DNA from: a virus
Reading direction: 5' to 3' (one strand)
Length of the DNA stretch: 64,000 bases
IMG/VR virus record: IMGVR_UViG_3300005573_000064
Span: 32,001 to 96,000 of that record
Shown here: piece after piece, positions 37,201 to 45,465 of the stretch
Layout of the letters: the number at the start of each line of letters is the position of its first letter
How positions within the stretch are numbered: position 1 is the first letter of the stretch
Program-made: the position numbers and the translations under genes
Notes under the pieces: generated by a model
Seen by the model: only the letters and a program-made list of their open reading frames with translations
Told to the model about the DNA's origin: nothing
Databases searched by the model: none

Positions 37201-37240
37201 TTCTTTGCGCCTTTCTTTCCTCTTCATATGAACGTATCAT
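31268..37240 (-). CDS. Giant virion protein (1990 aa), tape-measure-like, with a degenerate staphylococcal-nuclease (SNase) OB domain
   Basis: First giant gene after the tail chaperone; helical, Ala/Gly-rich with hydrophobic segments; 'IKKIMDANTF...IRLAGT...AIYVNGKNVNLSLIRSGVG' (~32600-32940). Confidence 0.6.
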   Translation of the reverse strand: MIRSYEEERKAQRNAKIIGGIALGIGAGAFLANAGNRKMLGGLLMRGIQSLGSHIEAAVFGGNLEHVRLGTSSVDNAGDYMRMAESSLGKEMESFNRFVARDLSRQEQRDVGVNYLMERHAWSREDAESIFRESGRSYDILSNTSDQEVLAHPYYRSILNRMSGRDPYGAVDEVRAAQVAEAREAAKSIGQVHSPESVLEANRLFAQHLKEMAARNNESSFANKIYSQLGIRKMNLGDMVSSTFMDALKDELESDRIAQSMQKVPWESKTLFMNNLSTALGGVGMSEAEHLYAQAAFSVKMAGEADWEKIVNRLPTEVLAHENIAYNTRAWKSMAKAGFEALANEFTLPVAPGFGGMMPLKFMPWARGGVRDFAGTLGAGSFQRELYEAVPPALKEALFSEGAKLRRDAYYIGSNVFLTLEDGGTVTLPANWKIKDARYGFQSAFRQIRQHGVSKPSDKDKTGFLSLLKRFLVAETPKEEREVIDEAAKRVNAEFTGFINRMTGAKGLQGEERSRLSKFMSTLDRMLSPQEYPDHPLTALQNIINGSSSVADVERVLHGVRGSAYISSEIPLSKIITRDIRSKVSLSSGLERLIDENMSNKSVLEAALEIDRAMTGAPPTGYEKYFSSNNVNSLRGLHTRITARRIAQSDIEYMVQGNYGSSSEKVINLANILGEEDALSGYDRIRDVFHDEVLRSIVSNPNFSNVRSDILANASKIGGREGDSALARVWQAIAESSLGSSYIEQSNRAEALASEIRNNAELQRVIRQVTRKKFGASSVWHAITEETIEGVGATPYATPASTSLIDTVLTSIKERKLPDISKLPSYIARGNTIASSPMAAQNLRHPTLSAISDYLFGTNNSEGPVTPGALYHSAYRMNRMLAEFGLGLHPKDMQNTTDAYKSLLFKRVLPVYIGIEYWKYINHFTNKHLGGGPDEEIANIRARAALAGSKISDILHLTGLEQKVVALVPGLEDYWQPRSYQEQKEYLAHGYEPVRRGKGWFGGSRTAFTGNRVQYWSPSWYRKEMSEWQETSTADLNSDSYWSHSLLPTPTHPLSTLWHFLDPYWWENKHRQDRPYVESGPAFDPNTIWGNVLNSTVGRIIKPTRVYHPEYLQGDTGGTTKYEGAAPAYANFTQSGAYTLTAGVPADVMQGSYPSAGVSGGAGGKGGGKGGHAIVAGVNKGVHGGKGQVEAALELVGAKVPIKSRAVAADSLAKLPISQHNPILQTRRLAEQYWDISGIYGYGIRTIAESLGVRQSAISNPIVATPDRAYGLERRYWERNLGGTVLPGVPVGGDVSEFIRRVIPHRDRTASYYDPVPNTMPDWLPGSDYMINFREGDPYALIQSGELRLPGEAYKKLHGNNQYSAIQRVKILADVAPWSDEFKLAVAQARVVANSEDKTRGEVDRRLIREAIHRASIQKKLYELHDYKFSRKTHTERLTIKKIMDANTFMVKESSHPIRLAGTRVSQERIREYLRASGLRKPRGKDLNSYFYSLYGIKPGAEVTAVMSADNQVANDLLGTRHAAIYVNGKNVNLSLIRSGVGRELTNDNSAAGIAARFTGTQRAIGFVMEKAAHLDTPFNTKFWHVRSALEEYKRGQVYGTNSGDWGSPYRTWIRPTMNAMAARNPILAVAEGAFVGSLFGRTKKGKMIGAIIGGAIGGEASIRRMAREILTGKKYIPSDVKKRRELEEYYDTLKYVKYSRLYRQYAIEAREREHINVENLATAMEERGARFKQQFHRLIDERRRILMSDMSEASKDKANKKLIREVNNLIKANRMHFRLGPMGARALMYREMAAHTLIGSKPGAPLNDAMAGLPRYERELAMDIATNGTAKEKREFFSLLSNREKTALGPSLGIKASRIPPKESLEDYFKSHQLPDESWAGWLESVDLNNPRIMTAMYEKINPQDLGIYPQNEAQAKQESVGVPTPLIHGSSSNIRETLSRLLAGVGVSDLSVNVSVASNDDETESYADVRLERDVTQHLVKATIKSLL

Positions 37241-37299
37241 TTGTCAGCTTCCTGTCAAATATCCCGGTTTATGGTTGAGTTTAAACATGTCATTTTCCC

Positions 37300-38223
37300 T
37301 CAGCGGTCCGATGGACCACCCCCGGCCGTGAGGGGCTCGAAAAACTCCAGCACCAGCCTCTCCTCCGGTGAACTATCCGGAAAGAGGTAATAGTTCATTT
37401 TATTCCCAGGGTCGCGGATCAGCGCGAAATGTCTGATAAGATAATCATTGTCATACCGCACCGTGAATTTCTCTCCGAACTTCCCTCTCCCGTCCTCCAG
37501 AGACTCTCTTATCGATGGCGGCAGTCTTTTGTAATTTCCGTAAGTTATCGCGTACTCCCTTAGAGGATGCGCCTTGGCGAACGCCTCGAGCGTATCCCTG
37601 TCGTAAGCCTTCCATCGGGCGTTTTCCATGTCCGTTACGCCATAACCGGGAATAAGTTTTATTGTTATCCAGTCTCCATCCTTCGGCTCGCCTCCCGTCT
37701 TGTCCTCGACATCCTTAAGGTCGCTCTCAAGCCTATCCCCGGTGAAAGCCAGCTGTTGCATCTCGCCAACGCCTTTGGGGTAAAAGGAGCGCATCCTGTA
37801 CTCCTTGGGAAGAAAGTTCGGATAGCAGCAGATTATCCTGTCAGCCTTGGCCATCAGCGGGGATATGTAACCATTCGGACAGTAATGCTGAAGCTCAATG
37901 GCTTCCGGTTTCGCTCCCCACATAAACACGCCATTCTCACCGCCAATAGGGATGGCGTGAAACAGGACGCCCGCCATATTATCCCAATCCTTGGTGTCGT
38001 AGCAGGCCGCCCTTTTCCACGCCCGCACCGCTTTCCTAAGGGCTTTGTTGGACAAGTAGTCCGTAATCAGAAAAGCTTTCACCGAGGACCTGGTGACGGT
38101 GGGGGATGTCATGCGATTAGCCATCCCACGGTCAAAAGCTCCTTGATGAGTGACAAGGCTTAGAACGATGAAAGCCGCAACTTTTGCGAGTGAACTTGTG
38201 AAAATATTTGATAACGCTTGCAT
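37300..38223 (-). CDS. Hypothetical protein (307 aa) with an N-terminal signal/TM segment; paralog of one module of the 4662-aa protein
   Basis: Shares long blocks (SPTVTRSSV.AFL.TDY, LFHAIPIGG.NGVF.WGAKPE, CCYPN, REYAITYGNYKRLP) with 12085-12960. Confidence 0.8.
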   Translation of the reverse strand: MQALSNIFTSSLAKVAAFIVLSLVTHQGAFDRGMANRMTSPTVTRSSVKAFLITDYLSNKALRKAVRAWKRAACYDTKDWDNMAGVLFHAIPIGGENGVFMWGAKPEAIELQHYCPNGYISPLMAKADRIICCYPNFLPKEYRMRSFYPKGVGEMQQLAFTGDRLESDLKDVEDKTGGEPKDGDWITIKLIPGYGVTDMENARWKAYDRDTLEAFAKAHPLREYAITYGNYKRLPPSIRESLEDGRGKFGEKFTVRYDNDYLIRHFALIRDPGNKMNYYLFPDSSPEERLVLEFFEPLTAGGGPSDR

Positions 38224-38259
38224 GATTGTCTCGTGGAGTAATTCCCTTGAGGGAGGAAT

Positions 38260-38814
38260 TCATTGGCCCCTGGGTCTGTTTTCAGGCAGTGTCAAGGGAG
38301 GAGGAATCACCGGGGCGTTGGGGTCGGCCGGATTTGAGAATGTCGGACGTCTGGATGGTGTGGCTTTTCCGTCTCCGGGGGTCATATTAATGTATTTCTG
38401 GATATCCATTCCAAACATGGTGACCGCCAGGAGCTGAGAGGCCGCAGCCGTTCTGTACCATTCCTCGGGGTCCATGTTGGATATGACGGAGAGCGGAAGG
38501 TGAAAAACCCCCATCATCAGACTTTCGGTTTTTCCTGATGATGAAAGTATCCACTCCTGGGCCTCCTCCCAGAATTTCTTGGAGCTCTCCTCCGTCATTC
38601 CGGAGGCTTCAAGAATCTTCTCGGCCAGAGCGGTGGGTACTCCGGCCAGGATGTTATCCCAATCCACGTCCTTGGGCTGGAGTACGCAGAGGCGACATAT
38701 CTCGTCCTCCTGCTCGACTTCGGACTCCATCCGAAGAATGCGCTCAATCTCGGCTCTGGTGGCTCCCCTGTATACGTACTCCACGCCTAAAACTGTCACC
38801 TTGTATTCTCTCAT
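38260..38814 (-). CDS. Tail assembly chaperone-like protein
   Basis: Acidic helical protein 'YVYRGATRAE...ICRLCVLQP...LAGVPTALAEKILEASG', located between the tube genes and the tape-measure-like gene; start moved to ATG 38814. Confidence 0.65.
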   Translation of the reverse strand: MREYKVTVLGVEYVYRGATRAEIERILRMESEVEQEDEICRLCVLQPKDVDWDNILAGVPTALAEKILEASGMTEESSKKFWEEAQEWILSSSGKTESLMMGVFHLPLSVISNMDPEEWYRTAAASQLLAVTMFGMDIQKYINMTPGDGKATPSRRPTFSNPADPNAPVIPPPLTLPENRPRGQ

Positions 38815-38816
38815 TA

Positions 38817-40343
38817 TTATCTCCACTCAGTCTTGTAACTTAAATTCACCGAGGAGGCGCCACCGGGGGAGTCGTTGTATGTGGATGACAGCGTTATAAA
38901 GTTTGTCGCGTTTATCTTGTTTGAGAATGATATCGTATCGGTGTTCCATCCAGATGAGCGGTAGGATGGCAACCCTCGCTCGCAGTTTACGGAAAGCGTG
39001 GTCACCTTTGACAGGTTTCCTGAAAAGCCGCCCGAAATTGACTCATCATATGTTCCCGGATTTTTTATTCTTGAGTATGAAAGACTCCAATTCAGACCCT
39101 CCCACTTCTCGGCAAATCCCAGAGTCGAGGTGGAACTCATCCCTATTTGCCGTATCAGCATGGAAAGAGAACCCGTCCGACCCAATCCCCCAAGAAGACT
39201 TAGCAGCCGAGATGAGGTTATCCCACTCGAGTACTGACCATCAAACTTGAACCCTTCAAATATCGGAAGGGAGAAATTTAAAAGCCGGGTGCGCGTGGCC
39301 GTATTTGAATTCACCGAGAAGGAGGCGTTCCTTAGCCCTAAGCCTGATGTCATGGTCATGGATGTCCCCGCAGCCGTCCCGTTCATTACTCGGGTAATTA
39401 GAAACTTGGTGGTCATTGGAAGAATCCCCGCCATTGAAAAAGTCTCCCCTATCCCTCCTACGTTCAAACCTTGAATATTGAAGAACTTGACGGGAGCGTG
39501 AAAATCCAACCCTTGATTGGCGCCCCCGATACCGTGCAGGAACATATTAGCCCCATGAAAAGTTGGCAGGGTTATGTCCATTCCCTGAGCCAGTCCTTCT
39601 CTGGCGTGGAAGGCGAACCCGTCCGCGATATAATCAAGCCGCATTTGATGCGCGGCCTGACCTATGCTCGAACCGCTTATATTCAGCGACTTCGAGTGGG
39701 CGATATTAAGACTTGTTATTCCATGAGATCCGAAGGATACGTTCCTGCCGGTAAACTCCAGATTTCCCTTGACGAGACTTACTGAGGATGATTTTTCGGA
39801 AATAAAAGCCTGAGTCGCCACCTTGCCGTTAATCCTGGAAAGGTTGACGGACAGTCCGTGTTTTGAATAGTCAAAGGTCGAGTCCCCCATTCCCGTCAAA
39901 CCCGCGTTTATTGCAGCGCTTGCACCACCGCCTTTAACGGCTATCAGGGCCGCCATGGGGTTGCCAGACGCCCTTGGCGTGCCCCGAACGAGCGGGGAGC
40001 GCGCTATGTTTCTTATGTTAAGAGACACTGACGTCCCCCTTACCCTATACCCTCCGGCTAGAGTGTAGGATAGTCCCCGCCACCCTCCGGTGACTGATAC
40101 TATCCCCAGTCTCGAGACCAGACTTGCGGTAAGAGGAGTCCGGGTCAGAAGAGAGGATAGCCTAAGGGACTTAAGTTTTGATACGGAGTCCTGCGCGCTT
40201 TTCAAATCAAGAATCGGGGGAAGCGAGAAATAGCTTAAGTTAAAAGGTTTCAGACTAATGGAAAAATCCCGGGGGGTCTTGGTCTCCGCCCTTGACGCTC
40301 CCGGGAAAATTGCCAGCAGTATTATAAGCCATGCGAGTTTCAT
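38817..40343 (-). CDS. Secreted beta-rich protein, possible outer-membrane beta-barrel (508 aa)
   Basis: Clear signal peptide (MKLAWLIILLAIFPGASRA); alternating Ser/Gly/hydrophobic strands; C-terminus 'SVNLSYKTEWR' resembles a beta-signal. Confidence 0.55.
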   Translation of the reverse strand: MKLAWLIILLAIFPGASRAETKTPRDFSISLKPFNLSYFSLPPILDLKSAQDSVSKLKSLRLSSLLTRTPLTASLVSRLGIVSVTGGWRGLSYTLAGGYRVRGTSVSLNIRNIARSPLVRGTPRASGNPMAALIAVKGGGASAAINAGLTGMGDSTFDYSKHGLSVNLSRINGKVATQAFISEKSSSVSLVKGNLEFTGRNVSFGSHGITSLNIAHSKSLNISGSSIGQAAHQMRLDYIADGFAFHAREGLAQGMDITLPTFHGANMFLHGIGGANQGLDFHAPVKFFNIQGLNVGGIGETFSMAGILPMTTKFLITRVMNGTAAGTSMTMTSGLGLRNASFSVNSNTATRTRLLNFSLPIFEGFKFDGQYSSGITSSRLLSLLGGLGRTGSLSMLIRQIGMSSTSTLGFAEKWEGLNWSLSYSRIKNPGTYDESISGGFSGNLSKVTTLSVNCERGLPSYRSSGWNTDTISFSNKINATNFITLSSTYNDSPGGASSVNLSYKTEWR

Positions 40344-40345
40344 AC

Positions 40346-41245
40346 CTAACCTACTTCGTCAATCTTGTCTTTCGCAAGGAAGGAGTACACCTCCATTACA
40401 GGCCTTCCGGAATCATCCACGGCCGTACCCACCCCGTTTATATTAACCCCGGTAAGGGAAAATATTGTGCCGGTCTCATAAGGAGAAGCCGAAGGTCCGT
40501 TCCTTCCATATGTTATGCGCTCGTCCTTTCCGTTATCGATATCTCCGAATCTGAATATTATGGAGAACCCGTAACTTCCCCCGTAGAACATAGGGGCGTT
40601 GGGGACGTACTTAAACTGAGAGGTCGGGGACTTGCTAATTGCGGAGCCCCAAAAATTTGTCTGGTTGGCTCGCGCTATCTCGTCAAGCACGTCCAAATTC
40701 GGGCCGTTATCCCCGCCATTGTTTATCATCCCAAGCATCTGCTCAAGAGTTTTCGGAAGGGCTATGTCCGCTTTCAAGGCGGATGGCGTCAAAGGCGATG
40801 TTCCCTTGCGACCAGATGTCTCCCCGGCCAAATACTCAAGGACGGATTTCATATACAGAGATCTCTTAAAATTAACGCTAAAGGAGCCTTGAATTATTCT
40901 AAATCCGTGCGCCATTGTTCTAACGGTGTAATCCCCCCATGACATAAGGGGCATTACGTTCTCCGTAATCTGATATTGAATATTAACTATGTCATCAATA
41001 AGCACGTCATTAAAAAATATGTTAAGGTCAAGACCGGACCAATACGAGGAATTGAACTGATCCACCACTAGATTAGTCGTTGATCCGGCATTCACGTATG
41101 TCGGATTTTTAACCGGGAACGGAGTTGGTGAGATGGAGCTATTTCTAGTGACAGGCGAGGTTGGATTACCACCATTGGAATATGCATTCAGGGTATTCTG
41201 GGAGGTTTGCAGGGTCGGATTGAAGAAAGATATTTTGGAACTCAT
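40346..41245 (-). CDS. Tail tube-like protein (paralog 3)
   Basis: 'YWSGLDLNIFF...IQYQITENVMPL...GFRIIQGSFSVNF...EVYSFLAKD' parallels the two upstream tube-like proteins. Confidence 0.7.
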   Translation of the reverse strand: MSSKISFFNPTLQTSQNTLNAYSNGGNPTSPVTRNSSISPTPFPVKNPTYVNAGSTTNLVVDQFNSSYWSGLDLNIFFNDVLIDDIVNIQYQITENVMPLMSWGDYTVRTMAHGFRIIQGSFSVNFKRSLYMKSVLEYLAGETSGRKGTSPLTPSALKADIALPKTLEQMLGMINNGGDNGPNLDVLDEIARANQTNFWGSAISKSPTSQFKYVPNAPMFYGGSYGFSIIFRFGDIDNGKDERITYGRNGPSASPYETGTIFSLTGVNINGVGTAVDDSGRPVMEVYSFLAKDKIDEVG

Positions 41246-41254
41246 TGCATATCC

Positions 41255-41920
41255 TCATTTAAAAAGCGGAAGGGATGAAATAAACCCGGAAGGATCGGGC
41301 ATCGGAGCGTCCATTGAAGGAGGAGTGACTGCGCTTCCCGTTCCCGTTGAAAAGTCAAATGATTGAAATGGCAGTCTTCTGATGGCCATATAGGAATAAG
41401 TTTCCATAAGGGAGATATTATTAACCGAATAGGTCTCGCCTTCGTCCAGAATGGTGACGCCCAGCACCCCCGTATAGGATATGTGCCCGGAATTATTCAC
41501 GAACGAGATACTGACATCGAAGGCGGGAAGCATATCGGGGAGTATGTTGTCAAGAGCGTTATTACGGGGCGTATAGGGATTACTAGGGGCGGCCTTTCCG
41601 TTCGTGAATCCCGCAGACAGTATCAAATCCTGCCATACAGAGCGGTCAACCGAGGAGAACACCATGGTTCCGGCAACCACCCTGTGTCCGTATGTAAACC
41701 CTTTAACTCCGACCTTTCCGCAGGATGTCACCGGGAACTTGTCCCTATGAGTCGAGATGTCAAAAAACCCAAGGGTGCCAAGAGTTACGCTTTTCCTTCC
41801 AGGCAGGGTGGCGTAAGCCACGATATCCGCGCTTGAAAACACCGACTTGCTCAAATTAAAGCCCGTAGGCAGGTATCCCGTGTCGGACACGAATGACACG
41901 GATGAAGAATCTTCGCTCAT
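41255..41920 (-). CDS. Tail tube-like protein (paralog 2)
   Basis: 'FSSADIVAY...ISTHRDKFPV...GHRVVAGTMVFSSVDR...DMLPAFDVSISFVN...ETYSYMA'. Confidence 0.75.
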   Translation of the reverse strand: MSEDSSSVSFVSDTGYLPTGFNLSKSVFSSADIVAYATLPGRKSVTLGTLGFFDISTHRDKFPVTSCGKVGVKGFTYGHRVVAGTMVFSSVDRSVWQDLILSAGFTNGKAAPSNPYTPRNNALDNILPDMLPAFDVSISFVNNSGHISYTGVLGVTILDEGETYSVNNISLMETYSYMAIRRLPFQSFDFSTGTGSAVTPPSMDAPMPDPSGFISSLPLFK

Positions 41921-41950
41921 GTTTTCCCTCGTAATCTTTTCTCGTATCGT

Positions 41951-41958
41951 ATTATAGC
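41951..41958 (-). promoter_or_regulatory. Putative promoter -10 element (GCTATAAT)
   Basis: Intergenic, about 10 nt downstream of a terminator hairpin and upstream of 41255..41920. Confidence 0.6.
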
Positions 41959-41960
41959 CT

Positions 41961-41993
41961 AAATGAATAAAGCCTCCCCGAAGGGAGGCTTTA
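41961..41993 (-). terminator. Rho-independent terminator after the major tube gene
   Basis: Minus-strand TAAAGCCTCCC-TTCG-GGGAGGCTTTA followed by TTCATTT (UUCG tetraloop). Confidence 0.8.
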
Positions 41994-42006
41994 CCGTCCT
42001 ACGGGA

Positions 42007-42801
42007 TTACGTAGGTATTCTAGCGGCTGATGCGTCATTCCAATATACGTTGGTGTTCGAGGAATCCAGAATGCTGTCCAAAGGCACGACCGCTCTGGCT
42101 ACGAACGTAAACGCGGCTTCGGGATTAAGATCGTCAAGCGTGTAACCCCAGCCTTCGTTTACAAGCTGAACGTACTGAATGGCCGTAAACGCGCACTGCC
42201 CCAGCTGGTTAACCATGGTGATGGTGACATCAAACGGAGGAACCTGGTCAGAGTATCTGAGCGTTCGAGAGGCCACAAGAGCGTACGTTTCAGCTAACTG
42301 CTGCTCTATGGCGCTCGCCAGGTCACTGCTGTTTGACAGGTCGAGACCCGGGTTGGGCTGCGATGAGGTGCTGTTTCCAAACGCATTGGATAGGTTGGAA
42401 AGCGTCTGAGTCGCGGATGACTGTCCACTAATCAGCATGCTAGCGGGAACTTGAAATGTGGCGAGATCCCCTACGTGATTAACGTTGGTTGGCAATAGTC
42501 CCGACATTTTGAGAATAGCATGGCGATCAAACTGAGTAAACACCATGTTACCGGCAATTGCGCGCTTTCCCTGGACGAACGCAACCGGATTCGGATTTCC
42601 AAAGACGAAGATAGGCATCGTCTCTCTTGTAATTGATACTGTGATTCCCTGAAGGGAAGCCACTTTATTCGGCCCCATGTAGGCTATGATATCCGCTCCC
42701 GAAAAGGCGGAGTAAGTCATCTCACTTTCTTGCAGGGAAACTTGACCTTTCGGGCTTTGATTTATAGCTGTATAGAGGCTCGACCCTAAGCTATTTGCCA
42801 T
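42007..42801 (-). CDS. Tail tube protein (major)
   Basis: Immediately follows the sheath gene; 'FSGADI...LQGITVSITRE..P...GKRAIAGNMVFTQFDR...SDQVPPFDVTIT...FTFVAR'; strong RBS and a downstream terminator. Confidence 0.8.
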   Translation of the reverse strand: MANSLGSSLYTAINQSPKGQVSLQESEMTYSAFSGADIIAYMGPNKVASLQGITVSITRETMPIFVFGNPNPVAFVQGKRAIAGNMVFTQFDRHAILKMSGLLPTNVNHVGDLATFQVPASMLISGQSSATQTLSNLSNAFGNSTSSQPNPGLDLSNSSDLASAIEQQLAETYALVASRTLRYSDQVPPFDVTITMVNQLGQCAFTAIQYVQLVNEGWGYTLDDLNPEAAFTFVARAVVPLDSILDSSNTNVYWNDASAARIPT

Positions 42802-42815
42802 GATGTCCTCCTTAA

Positions 42816-44513
42816 TTAGCTTGTAACGCTAACCACCACTTTGATATACTTGATTTGCAGGGCTGGCCGCAGGAATAGTGTGACAGTCACTTGACCCATT
42901 ACCAGTTCCACGGGGTCGGACGAAATAGTGAACTTATACCCGTTACCGTCCCCTCCAATAAGAGCTCCCGCATTAACCAGAGTCCCAAGAGCGGTATTTA
43001 TCTGCGTCTGCATGGCGGTTCTGGAGTCCACTCCATTCGGCTGTCCGATAAACGGCCGGCAGACTGACTCAACCATGAACGTAGCGAGGTTACATATCCT
43101 CAAAACCTGGAGAGTGGCGTAATCCGAACTGCGTTGGGCGCAAGTGTTATCCGCAACCACTATGGGAGCTCCCAGGTAGTTGCTGTATCGGAAAGTTACA
43201 TAAGCTGACCCGCCCGGTATGAACGGCTGCTGCTGATAACCCATTCCTTGATTAAGCTGTTCGTTGACGGATCTGGGATAGGCCCCATTAAGTCTTTTAA
43301 TCGACCCGATAGCATGATTGGTTGTAGCCTGCTGGGCCGGCAGTGAGGTGATAAGCCCGGCATAAGCGGCCGCTCCGTTTTCCAGATAGAATCCCAAGTC
43401 CTTCTGAGAGAAGATAAGATCCGGTCCGGCAACCACAGACAGGTAGCGTCCGATATCCACCTGAGCTCCGGTGTCCGGGTCCGTTCCATAGAAGCCCTGA
43501 GCCATGAAATACCCAAAGTTTATCCATCTGGCGGTCTGAGAGTAGTAACCCGGATTAGGGTTAAGCAGATCATTGTTCGCGTAATTTGTGAGAGCGGGTG
43601 GAGCTGAAAGTCCCGTAGGTCTCAGCCCTATGACACCGTGAACCGGCTGTTGCTGGGTGGATACGTTGTATAGGAAGTTGGCGAAGTCCCACGCCACGGA
43701 CTGAGTTGTGGGGTTCGTATTGGAGACTTGATCATCGGCATATATGCCGGTCAGGACCGCAATATCAAACGTAGCGTTTGATAGAACGCTGAATGTTCCA
43801 TACGGTTGCGTAAGGAGATTGTAATATCCCGTCTCATTGCCCGAGAAGTCCTCGTTAGGCGCGCTAGTCCCGTTTGTTCCCTGGGTCGTACCGCTCAGGA
43901 ATACGGTTCCCACTCCGATGCTTCCTATGGGGGACTGAAACATGGTTACGGGAATACTAAACAAGACCGTTGTATTTCTAGCGTCATTGTTCATAGTCGC
44001 TATGGCTTGCCCGGCAAAGGTCGTTGACGGAAAGGTCCAAGATACCGTGCCGTTTTTTGAGGCTGGCTGGTTTACCGTAAACGTATAACCTGTGGAGCCC
44101 GAGGACGATACGATGGTGACTGAGTTATACACTCTTCCCGGATACTTGGCGGTAATACTGACGTTTCCGCCTAGCACTCCAGTTGCGGATGCGGTGTTTC
44201 CTCCAACTCTCACTAACGCCAGATTACCGGCATTTCCAAGGATAGCCTCATAGGCGGCCTTGACAAGAGTGTTGTCGGCATAATTGCCGTCCGCGACTCC
44301 GGTAAGAGGGTCTATATAGTCTCCGGTATAGGTAAGCGGACCAAATATGGCCTCGGCATCCGCCAGCGACTGGACATATATTGGAGTGTTTACCGGCCCG
44401 TCAAGGGCGTTTCCAATTATTAACAATTTTTCCGTAGTGGGGATAGTGACTGCCGGAGTCAGTCCCCCATCTCGATAAGCTACCACGAAGCCTGGTAATC
44501 TTTGATTAGCCAT
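42816..44513 (-). CDS. Tail sheath protein
   Basis: 'LLIIGNALDGPVNTP...AEAIFG', 'ITAKYPGRVYN', C-terminal 'LQVLRI...FIGQPN...VTLFLRPALQIKYIKVVV'; start moved to ATG 44513 behind GGAGG. Confidence 0.88.
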   Translation of the reverse strand: MANQRLPGFVVAYRDGGLTPAVTIPTTEKLLIIGNALDGPVNTPIYVQSLADAEAIFGPLTYTGDYIDPLTGVADGNYADNTLVKAAYEAILGNAGNLALVRVGGNTASATGVLGGNVSITAKYPGRVYNSVTIVSSSGSTGYTFTVNQPASKNGTVSWTFPSTTFAGQAIATMNNDARNTTVLFSIPVTMFQSPIGSIGVGTVFLSGTTQGTNGTSAPNEDFSGNETGYYNLLTQPYGTFSVLSNATFDIAVLTGIYADDQVSNTNPTTQSVAWDFANFLYNVSTQQQPVHGVIGLRPTGLSAPPALTNYANNDLLNPNPGYYSQTARWINFGYFMAQGFYGTDPDTGAQVDIGRYLSVVAGPDLIFSQKDLGFYLENGAAAYAGLITSLPAQQATTNHAIGSIKRLNGAYPRSVNEQLNQGMGYQQQPFIPGGSAYVTFRYSNYLGAPIVVADNTCAQRSSDYATLQVLRICNLATFMVESVCRPFIGQPNGVDSRTAMQTQINTALGTLVNAGALIGGDGNGYKFTISSDPVELVMGQVTVTLFLRPALQIKYIKVVVSVTS

Positions 44514-44534
44514 GTTCTTTTCCTCCATCCGAGA

Positions 44535-45464
44535 CTAGCTCGGAGTAGTTGACCCCTGGACGGAATTTATCGGTAACGCGGGATTCATTATTCTGTAAAA
44601 GTAAGTTACGTAATAAGTCTGTCCAGGCATTGGGTGTAAGCCCTGAGGGAACCAGGTTATATTGGAGGTTCCCGTTGGTACGTCTACGGTCACGCAGAAA
44701 TCGACTCCCTCCACGTATTGAACACCGGAGGATGAGTATGAGACGAAGGTTATTTGAGGGTTGGTGGTGGCCATCCATACGCTGGCGACCCAAGGATGTT
44801 GCAGGGTGTCAGTCGCGGTAAGTCCGCCTCTCACCACCGGCTCACTGTTAACAAGGTGGTAATACATAACCCCTTGTTGAAGCTGTATGCTCTGAATGAC
44901 AGGATTAGGTTTGATGAACTTTCTTTCCAGAATGCATCTGTATCTTAGCGTTCTTCTGTAAATTTCCTGAGAAGCCGCTCTCTCCAGCTCCGTGTCAGCC
45001 AGCTCCTCCTCGAATAGCCACTCGCTTACGCCAAACTTTTGAAGAAGAGGCGTTACGAAAAACATCAGTTCATCAAACTCTTCGGTTAAACTATTAGTTG
45101 ATTCGTTATCAATGTCATAGATGTCAAATTGGTAGAGTATCGTCATCCACTGAGCGTACTGCTCGGTGATTACTGTGGGGTCGCTTTCGGAAGTCGTTGA
45201 GCCCCTGTATCTAGGTTTCAAACTTTCCAGACCTTCCCTGCCCGCAACCCTCCTGTATATCTTCCAAACAATGGTGGGATGCTCCACATTCTCCCTGGGG
45301 TAGCTCTGCGAAAAGACCGCATCCTTGTAAGTCCACGAATTCTGAATAAGATCCCATATCAGCAGCGGCAGCTTGTACGGGGAAAGCGGGACGTACTGTT
45401 CCATATTTGAGAGATCGGGAACATTTCCGTCCGGTATGGGTATATTGTCTCCAAGGTTAGGCAT
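44535..45464 (-). CDS. Putative tail terminator / neck completion protein
   Basis: Directly upstream of the sheath gene; 'PRYR...YAQWMTILYQFDIY...FEEELAD...RTLRY'; start moved to ATG 45464, next to the upstream TGA. Confidence 0.55.
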   Translation of the reverse strand: MPNLGDNIPIPDGNVPDLSNMEQYVPLSPYKLPLLIWDLIQNSWTYKDAVFSQSYPRENVEHPTIVWKIYRRVAGREGLESLKPRYRGSTTSESDPTVITEQYAQWMTILYQFDIYDIDNESTNSLTEEFDELMFFVTPLLQKFGVSEWLFEEELADTELERAASQEIYRRTLRYRCILERKFIKPNPVIQSIQLQQGVMYYHLVNSEPVVRGGLTATDTLQHPWVASVWMATTNPQITFVSYSSSGVQYVEGVDFCVTVDVPTGTSNITWFPQGLHPMPGQTYYVTYFYRIMNPALPINSVQGSTTPS

Positions 45465-45465
45465 G

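Noticed and set aside
24093-37240. Virion RNA polymerase subunits among the giant proteins
   Set aside because: No DxDGD-type catalytic motif was noticed by eye; a very divergent enzyme cannot be excluded without profile searches.
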